DNA from: Planctomycetota bacterium
Lineage (GTDB): Bacteria > Planctomycetota > SZUA-567 > H5-PLA8
NCBI GenBank assembly: GCA_045863855.1
Contig: BTVV01000159.1
Location: 1 to 12,985, forward strand
Reading direction: 5' to 3'
DNA: 12,985 bases
This document shows, one piece after another, positions 1 to 6,530 of the stretch. The notes below the pieces were generated by a model. The model did no database searches. It saw only the letters and a list, made by a program, of their open reading frames with translations, and was not told the DNA's origin. The stretch's first letter is position 1. Every line of letters begins with the position of its first letter. The position numbers were made by a program, and so were the translations under genes.

Positions 1-633
1 GTCGACGTAGCTGCACGTGGTCGCGGCGACGCCGACGGTGGACTTGAGCCCCGCGGTGCTGGGGCTGTGGCAGAGCCGCGCGGAGTTGTCGACGTTGTTG
101 CTGCCCAGGTAGCGCATGGCTTTCTGCGCGACGTAATAGACTTCGTTGGTTACGCCGCGGCTGGTGACGAAGAGGTACGTGCGGTCGGGTTCGTAACGCC
201 GCCACCGCGCTCCGGCTTCGGGCCAGAGTTCGTCCCACGCGATGCGCGTGAAACCGGCTTCGCCGCGCCGCCGCCGCATGGGGTAGGGGACGCGCCCCAG
301 CGCGCGCAGTTCGGCACTGGAGAGCTTTTTCAGCGCCGCCACGTCGGCAAGCTTATGCGTATCCAGCGCCGGCATGGTGTTGAGGCGCAGCAAATTGAGG
401 CGCACCAGGCAGAGGTGCGCGTCGGGGATTGTCCAGTCTTTGAGGCCGCTGGTGCCCAGCGCGCAGCCGTCGCAGACGCCTTGATTGAGGATCTTCCACG
501 CATAGCCGAGGTTGTCGCGATTCTCCCACGCGATGCGCATCATCTCGACGAAGTGATGCGGCTTGGTCTCCCCGATGCCAAAGGGAACCCAGCCGTGCGC
601 GAGTTCGCCGAACGAGCGGCGCGTGCGTGGCAT
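1..633 (-). CDS. FdhF/YdeP-family molybdopterin-dependent oxidoreductase (formate dehydrogenase alpha-like), N-terminal 211 aa; continues beyond the left edge
   Basis: Manual minus-strand translation from ATG at 633 is open to position 1: [28 protein letters not shown]...[23 protein letters not shown]...[15 protein letters not shown]...[24 protein letters not shown]...[69 protein letters not shown] and [16 protein letters not shown] are FdhF/YdeP motifs. An AGGAG RBS lies upstream (complement of ctcct at 644-648). Confidence 0.9.
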   Translation of the reverse strand, partial: MPRTRRSFGELAHGWVPFGIGETKPHHFVEMMRIAWENRDNLGYAWKILNQGVCDGCALGTSGLKDWTIPDAHLCLVRLNLLRLNTMPALDTHKLADVAALKKLSSAELRALGRVPYPMRRRRGEAGFTRIAWDELWPEAGARWRRYEPDRTYLFVTSRGVTNEVYYVAQKAMRYLGSNNVDNSARLCHSPSTAGLKSTVGVAATTCSYVD

Positions 634-850
634 GCGTACGATGCTCCTGAAATGGAGTTGCCCCACCACCATACGCAAGAAACGCTCAGAGTAAACGTAA
701 GGTGCGAAGCAGGTTATGAAACCAGGAGCGTACGGCGCCATAAAGATGCCCATCATGCGGGCGGTTGGATCGTTAACTAGAGCGACGCCGTACTAGGGTG
801 AATGCGGGTGAGGCCGGCCGGGATCCAGCCGCATAAAATGGAGGCGGACG

Positions 851-1540
851 ATGGTGCACGCAAAAAAGATCTGCACGGTGCTGCTGGTGGGCGCCTGTTG
901 GGCATTTTCGGCGCATGCCGAGGGGCAAGGCGAAGGCAAAGGCATCGATAACCTTGTCCACGAAGACGAGAAGCATCTGAAGCGGCTGGCCACCTTCGAC
1001 CGCATCGAGTCGATCGCACGCGAAAAGAATAACGATGCGTTGTTGCAGAACGTGCAGCGGTTACGCGAACAAGAGAACGAACGCTACAACCGGGCGCTGG
1101 AACACTGGTCGAAAGAGCGTGGCAAGCCCGAAGGGAAAGGTAAGCCTGACGATAAGGGCAAGCCGGACGATAAGGGTAAGCCGGACGATAAGGGAAAGCC
1201 GGATGATAAGGGCAAGCCGGATGACAAAGGCAGGCCGGACGATAAAGGCAAACCGGATGGAAAAGGTAAGCCGGGCGAAGAAGAGCGGGATCGACCGGAG
1301 CACGAGGGAGGCAAAGGGCACGGCAAGGAAGGCGACCATGGGCGTTCCGGCGGCTCCGGCGACCGGCCGCCGCCCCCGCCTCCTCCGCATGGGCGTGAAG
1401 GGGGCGCCGGCGGCGAACATCGTCCGCCTCCGCGCGACCGCGAAGAGGGCGCCGGCGGGGAACACGGGAAGCCAGAAGGTAAAGGTAAGCCTCCGGGCGG
1501 GTCCGGCGGCGGTGGCGGAAAAGGCAAGAAGGATCGTTGA
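851..1540 (+). CDS. Secreted hypothetical protein: signal peptide, short charged helical segment, GKPDDK repeats and a Gly/Pro/charged low-complexity tail
   Basis: GGAGG RBS at 840-844. The N-terminus MVHAKKICTVLLVGACWAFSAHA has a basic n-region, an h-region and an A-x-A cleavage site. Repeat units vary mostly at synonymous positions in this frame, which supports it as the coding frame. Confidence 0.85.
   Translation: MVHAKKICTVLLVGACWAFSAHAEGQGEGKGIDNLVHEDEKHLKRLATFDRIESIAREKNNDALLQNVQRLREQENERYNRALEHWSKERGKPEGKGKPDDKGKPDDKGKPDDKGKPDDKGKPDDKGRPDDKGKPDGKGKPGEEERDRPEHEGGKGHGKEGDHGRSGGSGDRPPPPPPPHGREGGAGGEHRPPPRDREEGAGGEHGKPEGKGKPPGGSGGGGGKGKKDR
1121..1282 (+). repeat. Coding tandem repeat of about 9 x 18 bp, encoding GKPDDK with variants GKPEGK, GRPDDK, GKPDGK and GKPGEE
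   Basis: Units start at 1121, 1139, 1157, 1175, 1193, 1211, 1229, 1247 and 1265, e.g. ggtaagcctgacgataag, ggcaagccggacgataag, ggtaagccggacgataag, ggaaagccggatgataag. Confidence 0.95.
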
Positions 1541-1585
1541 AGAACGCGGCTTATGCGCAACTCCAGCATGGTAAGGATGAACGAG

Positions 1586-1837
1586 ATGAAGTCGAACGCA
1601 GCGTGGGTGCCGGCGGCGGTTCTGTTGGGCGTGTTGTGCGGCTGCGGTGGCGCGGAAAAGAAAACACCCGCGGCGTCCGCGAACGAAGCCGCCGGCGCGT
1701 TGCAGGAAGGCTTGTCGGAAGCGAAGAAGAGCGAACTGAAAGCGCAATTCAAAGAAGCGGCCGAGAAGAGCATCAACGCCGATAACGCGGAAGCCGAACT
1801 CAAGAAGCTGCAGCAGGAGATCGAGGCGGAGAAGTAA
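1586..1837 (+). CDS. Small predicted lipoprotein with a helical/coiled-coil C-terminus (alternative starts at 1553, 1568 and 1577)
   Basis: TAAGGA at 1572-1577 precedes ATG 1586. MKSNAAWVPAAVLLGVLCGC ends in a lipobox-like L-C-G-C. It is followed by an Ala-rich linker and an amphipathic E/K/A-rich helix (INADNAEAELKKLQQEIEAEK). Confidence 0.78.
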   Translation: MKSNAAWVPAAVLLGVLCGCGGAEKKTPAASANEAAGALQEGLSEAKKSELKAQFKEAAEKSINADNAEAELKKLQQEIEAEK

Positions 1838-1853
1838 GGAGCCTTAGCATCTC

Positions 1854-3434
1854 TTAGTAGTCGAAGAGGTTCAGCGCTTCGATCTCCGGCATGGACCGGA
1901 CGTACGCCGCGCCGCGGGCGTAATAAGTTGCTAAAGCGGAATCCTGCGGAACGCCGTTTCCATCGCGATAAAGTTCGGCCAGGTTCTCCCATGCGCCCCG
2001 GTGGCCTTGCGCGGCGGCTTTCCGATACCATGCCACCGCTTCGGGCGGGTTCGCTTTCGTGCCCCTGCCTTTCAGCAGCCGGTGGGCGTAGGCGTTCTGT
2101 CCCCGGGCGCTGCCTTGTTCGGCCGCCCGGCGAAAGCAGGTCACTGCCTCGATATCGGATGCAGGTACGCCTTCGCCGTGGGTATACAGAACTCCCAGCC
2201 AATAGGGTCCTTCGGTGTTGGCGCCCGCTTCGGCCTTTCTCGCCCATTGGACGGCTTCCACCGCGCTGGGCGCGCCTTCCCAACCGCCCCAATAAGCTTG
2301 CAAGAGATTGATCATGGCCACCGAGTTTCCCGCATGAGCAGCGCGTTGATACCAATTCAATGCAACTATCTTGTCTTCGGGTTGTCCGCGCGCGTATTCG
2401 GCCATGCGGCCCAAGGCATTCATGGCGCGTGCCTCACCCTTTTCTGCGGCATCGCGGTATAAATCCAGCGCGCGCGCATAATCGGTCTCGACGCCTTGGC
2501 CGTGTTCGTACAGCCAACCCATGAGGTACTTGCCGGCGGAATCGCCCTTCGCATCTGCCTTTTCAGCCCATTCCATAGCCTTGGTGTAGTCTCGTTCGAC
2601 GCCGCGCCCATCGCGATAAACGATGGATAATCCTTCCATCGCATACGAATCGCCGGCTGCCGCGGCTTCCTGGAACCAGCGTATGCCTGCCGTTTCGTCA
2701 CGCGGAAGCACGCGGCCCATCATGAGCCACTGCCCCAATACGGCCTTGGCATTCGCGCTTCCGGCGTCGATGGCGCGATGGATCCAATACAGCGCGCGCT
2801 TCGCGTCGCGCTTACCTCCGCGGCCCGACATCAGAAACTCGGCCGCTTTAATTTGGGCCGCCGTCACGCCGTGATTGGCCGCGCGCAGGTACCAGTCCAG
2901 GGCGATCCGGTCGTCCGGCTTAACGCCGAAGCCCTTCTGGTAGCACCATCCCAGCGGCGTAAACGCCTGGTAGACGCCGGCATCCGCGGAGCGCTGCAAC
3001 CAGTGTAAGGCGGCCGCGGGATCCTTATCCACACCGCGCCCATACTGAAGCGCCCAACCGTAATCGCACGCGGCTTCGGGGTGGCCGTCTTCCGCCGCCA
3101 AGCGCAGGTACTGGGCGCCTGCCTTTTCGTTCTTGGCCGCGCCACCGTCGCCCAAGAGGAGCGCGCGCCCCAACTGCCAGCGCGCCGCGCGGTGTCCGCG
3201 TTCGGCGGAGCGTTGCAGCCAGACGACAGCCGCGGCCGGATCGGGTTCGACGCCCACGCCCCAGAGCAGGCACCAGCCCAAATCGAATTGGCTTTGGACG
3301 TCGCCGTCCTGCGCGCGCTCGTACAGGGTTCGGGCGTCGGACGGTCCGGGCCAAACCCACTTTCCGCCCAGCCAGTCGGCCATGGGAATCGCCAGCAACA
3401 GGATCAAACACGGAGGCAGGCAGCGGCGGAGCAT
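1854..3434 (-). CDS. Sel1-like repeat (SLR) protein with 13 repeats and an N-terminal signal/anchor segment
   Basis: Thirteen ~36-aa repeats match A-x-x-x-LG-x-x-Y-x-x-G-x-GV-x-x-D-x-x-x-A-x-x-W-x-x-x-AA-x-x-G, e.g. GKYLMGWLYEHGQGVETDYARALDLYRDAAEKG. Start placed at ATG 3434 (MLRRCLPPCLILLLAIPMA), which has GAGGT upstream; the ORF track's 3503 start is probably too long. Confidence 0.93.
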   Translation of the reverse strand: MLRRCLPPCLILLLAIPMADWLGGKWVWPGPSDARTLYERAQDGDVQSQFDLGWCLLWGVGVEPDPAAAVVWLQRSAERGHRAARWQLGRALLLGDGGAAKNEKAGAQYLRLAAEDGHPEAACDYGWALQYGRGVDKDPAAALHWLQRSADAGVYQAFTPLGWCYQKGFGVKPDDRIALDWYLRAANHGVTAAQIKAAEFLMSGRGGKRDAKRALYWIHRAIDAGSANAKAVLGQWLMMGRVLPRDETAGIRWFQEAAAAGDSYAMEGLSIVYRDGRGVERDYTKAMEWAEKADAKGDSAGKYLMGWLYEHGQGVETDYARALDLYRDAAEKGEARAMNALGRMAEYARGQPEDKIVALNWYQRAAHAGNSVAMINLLQAYWGGWEGAPSAVEAVQWARKAEAGANTEGPYWLGVLYTHGEGVPASDIEAVTCFRRAAEQGSARGQNAYAHRLLKGRGTKANPPEAVAWYRKAAAQGHRGAWENLAELYRDGNGVPQDSALATYYARGAAYVRSMPEIEALNLFDY

Positions 3435-3668
3435 GCAACAACCTCGCATAGGCGGTACGGTCTCGAGCATAGGTGAGCCGGTTCGTGCGCGCCAGGCGCG
3501 CAAATCGAGCGTGCGGGTCGCCGGTTGCCGGGGGGCGGTCGGCGCGGTAGGTTGCTACGTTCCTCTTCCCAAAGCCAGTCAGGGCGGGAGGGGTACGGAT
3601 CGAATCGTTCGGCCGGCAGGACGCGTTGCGGGAATGCGCTCACCGACCGCCAGCATGTGGAAACCGCC

Positions 3669-5210
3669 ATGCCTCACCAGACCGTCTACGTCATCGACTT
3701 CGGCGCGCAGTACGCGCAGCTCATCGCGCGGCGCGTGCGCGAGGCCAACGTCTTCTGCAAGATCGTCCCATACCACAAGGCGCTGGAGGCGATCGCCGCC
3801 GAACGGCCGCAGGCGCTGATTTTCAGCGGCGGGCCGGCCAGCGTGTACGGCGCAGGCGCTCCGCGCGTCGATCCTCAAATTTTCGAGCTGGGCCTGCCGA
3901 TCCTGGGCATCTGTTACGGGATCCAGTTCACCGCGTTCGCGCTGGGGGGGAAGGTCGAGAAGCAGGAACGCCGCGAGTACGGGCAGGCGGTGATCGATAT
4001 CGTCGAGCCCAACGAGTTGCTGGCGGGGATGGGCGAACGGACGGAAGTCTGGATGTCTCACGGCGACGCGCTGACGGCGTGCCCGCCGGGCTTCAAGGTG
4101 CTTGCACGCACCCGCGACTGCCCGCTCGCCGCCATCGGCGACCCGAAGCGCAAAATCTACGGCGTCCAGTTCCATCCCGAAGTGACGCATACGCCCAAGG
4201 GGCGCGTGATCCTGCGCAACTTCCTCTATTCCATCGCAGGCCTGAGTGGCGACTGGAAGATGGCGAACTTCATCGAAGAACAGAAAGCCAAAATCCGCGC
4301 GCAGGTGGGCGACGGCAAGGTGATCCTCGGGCTATCCGGCGGCGTGGACAGTTCGGTCGCGGCGGTGCTGATCCACGAAGCCATCGGCGCTCAGTTGCAG
4401 TGCATCTTCGTGGACAACGGGTTGCTGCGGAAGAACGAACGTTCGCGCGTGGACCGTACCTTCCGCGACCACTTCAAGATTCCGCTGCTGACGATCGAAG
4501 CGGGCGCGCGCTTTCTCGGGGCGCTGGCCGGCGTCGTCGATCCGGAGCAGAAGCGCAAGATCATCGGTCGCGAGTTCGTGCGCGTCTTCGAAGAAGAAGC
4601 TCGGAAGGTTCAGGGCGCGCGCTTTTTGGGGCAGGGCACGCTCTATCCGGACGTGATCGAATCGATCGCCGCGCACGGCGGGCCGACAAGCACGATCAAG
4701 ACGCACCACAACGTTGGCGGCTTGCCCAAAGACCTGGGCTTGGAGCTGCTCGAGCCGTTCCGCGCGCTCTTTAAGGACGAGGTCCGGCAGATCGGAACCG
4801 AACTGGGCGTGCCGGAAGACATCGTCTGGCGGCATCCGTTCCCCGGACCGGGGCTGGGCGTGCGCATCGTCGGGCCGATCGACGCCGAGCGCGTGAGGCT
4901 GCTGCAGGAAGCCGACGACATCGTGCTGGAAGAGATCCAGGCGGCGGGGCTATACCGCCAGCTCTGGCAGGCTTTCGCGGTGCTGCTGCCGGTGCGCAGC
5001 GTAGGCGTGCTGGGCGACGAACGCGCTTACGGCGAGACGATCGCGATCCGCGCGGTGGAGAGCACCGACGCAATGACCGCCGACTGGGCGCGGCTGCCCT
5101 ACGACGTGTTGGGCCGCATGGCCAGCCGAATCATGAATGAAGTCCGCGGCATCAACCGCGTCGTCTACGATATCTCGCAGAAACCGCCGAGCACCATCGA
5201 GTGGGAGTAG
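3669..5210 (+). CDS. guaA: GMP synthase (glutamine-hydrolysing)
   Basis: Class I glutamine amidotransferase motifs IDFGAQY, SGGPASV, LGICYG (catalytic Cys), WMSHGD and QFHPEV. ATP-pyrophosphatase motifs [33 protein letters not shown] and [10 protein letters not shown]-terminus KPPSTIEWE. Start placed at ATG 3669 ([12 protein letters not shown]), where GuaA homology begins. Confidence 0.98.
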   Translation: MPHQTVYVIDFGAQYAQLIARRVREANVFCKIVPYHKALEAIAAERPQALIFSGGPASVYGAGAPRVDPQIFELGLPILGICYGIQFTAFALGGKVEKQERREYGQAVIDIVEPNELLAGMGERTEVWMSHGDALTACPPGFKVLARTRDCPLAAIGDPKRKIYGVQFHPEVTHTPKGRVILRNFLYSIAGLSGDWKMANFIEEQKAKIRAQVGDGKVILGLSGGVDSSVAAVLIHEAIGAQLQCIFVDNGLLRKNERSRVDRTFRDHFKIPLLTIEAGARFLGALAGVVDPEQKRKIIGREFVRVFEEEARKVQGARFLGQGTLYPDVIESIAAHGGPTSTIKTHHNVGGLPKDLGLELLEPFRALFKDEVRQIGTELGVPEDIVWRHPFPGPGLGVRIVGPIDAERVRLLQEADDIVLEEIQAAGLYRQLWQAFAVLLPVRSVGVLGDERAYGETIAIRAVESTDAMTADWARLPYDVLGRMASRIMNEVRGINRVVYDISQKPPSTIEWE

Positions 5211-5230
5211 GGCCGGTTTCCGGTTCCAGG

Positions 5231-5527
5231 CTACAGCCGCACCACTTCTCCGTCGATGAGCACGCGAGCATGGTCTTTCGTCCCGATGGCGACGATGCAG
5301 ACCTGACGGGTCTCTTCGTTGACGAAGTAAAAGACGCGCAGGGAGCCGACGCGGAGTTCCCACGGGGCGAGGGCGTTGGGTTCGAGCGGCTTGCGGTTGC
5401 GGGTGGGGACTTGGGGCTGGTGGGCAAGCAGCACCGTGTTACGGCGGATCAGCGTGCGCCGATGGTACGTGCGTAAAGCTTTCAGTTGACGTCCGGCCTG
5501 ACTGGAAAAGGCGATCGCGTAGCCCAA
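5231..5527 (-). CDS. RelE/ParE-superfamily type II toxin (putative ribosome-dependent mRNA interferase), with no adjacent antitoxin
   Basis: 98 aa. N-terminal Y-x-I-x-F-S-x-x-A-x-R-Q-L-x-x-L, central RNRKPL, and WELRVGSLRVFY resembling the RelE L-R-V-G-x-x-R-I/V-x-Y motif, followed by VCIVAIG. TTG start with GAGGA upstream (complement of tcctc at 5538-5542). Confidence 0.82.
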   Translation of the reverse strand: MGYAIAFSSQAGRQLKALRTYHRRTLIRRNTVLLAHQPQVPTRNRKPLEPNALAPWELRVGSLRVFYFVNEETRQVCIVAIGTKDHARVLIDGEVVRL

Positions 5528-5791
5528 TCAGTTATCGTCCTCTGTGGTGGCTTTCCCCTCCCCCTGTTACATCGTCCAACATCAATATACCTTTCTCGCG
5601 AATTTTTCGTTAGGATTCCATACTGAATTCCGAGAATTCGCAGGCCTAAACCCGCTTCCGGGCACGCCTTCGTGCGATGCTCTGGTGCGTTTTGCCTGCC
5701 TTGCTCAACCTTATTGGGCAGTCCATGGGCCGAACGCGGGCGCCGCTTGTTTGCGCTTTACTTGAGCGCCGGGTGGGACAGGATGAGCGGC

Positions 5792-6436
5792 ATGGGTCTC
5801 ACGCAACCGTTACCGCCCGAAGCGAATATCGACCGCCTCGCTCAGACGCTGGCCAAGTGGCAGCATCGCTGGACGGCCGAATGGCACTTGGCCGCCGAAC
5901 GCCCGCGTCCGAAAAGTCCCTTGGCGGTGGTGGTGCACGAGCAGCACCAGCGCAATTTCGATCTCTGGCACGAGGAAGACAAGGCTCGCGCGCCGAACGC
6001 CGACGACCCCACGATCGCCGCGGTCAAACGCCGCATCGATAAGCTGAACCAGCACCGCAACGACCTTGTGGAGCAGCTTGACGATTATTTTTTTCGCATG
6101 ATCGTGCAGCGCCACGCGCCCGACGCCAGCGCGCAACCTTGGAACACCGAGACGCCCGGGAGCTGCATCGACAAGCTCTCGATCCTTTCGCTTAAGGTGT
6201 TCCACATGGAAGAGCAGGCCAAGCGGACCGACGTGGACGAGAACCACCGCGAGAAGTGCCGCGTCCGCGCCGAGGTGCTCACGCGGCAGCGCGACGACCT
6301 GACCACCGCGATGCAGCAGTTGCTCGACGATTTGATGAGCGGGCGCAGGCAAATGAAGCTGTACCGGCAGTTCAAGATGTACAACGATCCGACTCTGAAT
6401 CCGGAGATCTACGGAGCGGAGAAGGGCAAGAGCTAA
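5792..6436 (+). CDS. DUF4254 domain-containing protein (alternative start 5783)
   Basis: Recognised family motifs: N-x-x-LWHEED-x-AR, VKRRIDKLNQ-x-RNDLVE-x-LD, NTETPGS-x-IDKLSIL-x-LK-x-FHM, L-x-x-QR-x-DL and the C-terminal YRQFKMYNDP-x-LNP-x-IY. The ORF track's upstream extension from 5672 does not look coding. Confidence 0.85.
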   Translation: MGLTQPLPPEANIDRLAQTLAKWQHRWTAEWHLAAERPRPKSPLAVVVHEQHQRNFDLWHEEDKARAPNADDPTIAAVKRRIDKLNQHRNDLVEQLDDYFFRMIVQRHAPDASAQPWNTETPGSCIDKLSILSLKVFHMEEQAKRTDVDENHREKCRVRAEVLTRQRDDLTTAMQQLLDDLMSGRRQMKLYRQFKMYNDPTLNPEIYGAEKGKS

Positions 6437-6471
6437 GGCCGCGCGTTTCCAGTTTCCAGTACGTGACGCGG

Positions 6472-6492
6472 CCGCCGCGGCAAACGCGGCGG
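6472..6492. terminator. GC-rich hairpin between convergent genes, possibly a bidirectional terminator or pause site
   Basis: CCGCCGCG-GCAAA-CGCGGCGG is a perfect 8-bp stem between the DUF4254 stop (6436) and the ElbD-like stop (6531). There is no clear U-tract on either side. Confidence 0.4.
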
Positions 6493-6530
6493 GGAAGATG
6501 AGCGCCGGCGTACGAGCATAAAACCAACGA

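Noticed and set aside
67..780. 237-aa plus-strand ORF in the track
   Set aside because: It is the antisense shadow of the FdhF/YdeP gene, which carries recognisable motifs and an RBS on the minus strand.
1121..1282. Repeat array considered as a CRISPR
   Set aside because: The units are contiguous 18-bp in-frame coding repeats with no unique spacers, and no cas genes are present.
1084..2355. 423-aa minus-strand ORF with (SSGLPL)n repeats, and other alternative-frame ORFs over 1035-1785
   Set aside because: These are antisense or off-frame readings of the GKPDDK repeat gene, the lipoprotein and the Sel1 gene. The synonymous variation pattern fits the plus-strand GKPDDK frame.
3480..3655. tRNA, SRP RNA or ZTP-riboswitch interpretation of the guaA upstream region (GCCA end, TCAGG, minus-strand TGACTGGC and CGCCTGG)
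   Set aside because: There is no T-loop or anticodon arm with correct spacing, and the SRP CAGG..GNAA..AGCA motif is incomplete. The ZTP-like words are on the wrong strand for guaA and lack the full consensus.
3525..3668. N-terminal extension of GuaA in the ORF track
   Set aside because: GuaA homology begins at [12 protein letters not shown] (3669). The extension is low-complexity Arg/Gly/Ser sequence typical of non-coding GC-rich DNA.
5211..6530. Intact prophage or integrative element at the guaA hotspot
   Set aside because: No integrase, phage or conjugation gene and no exact att duplication is present in the window.
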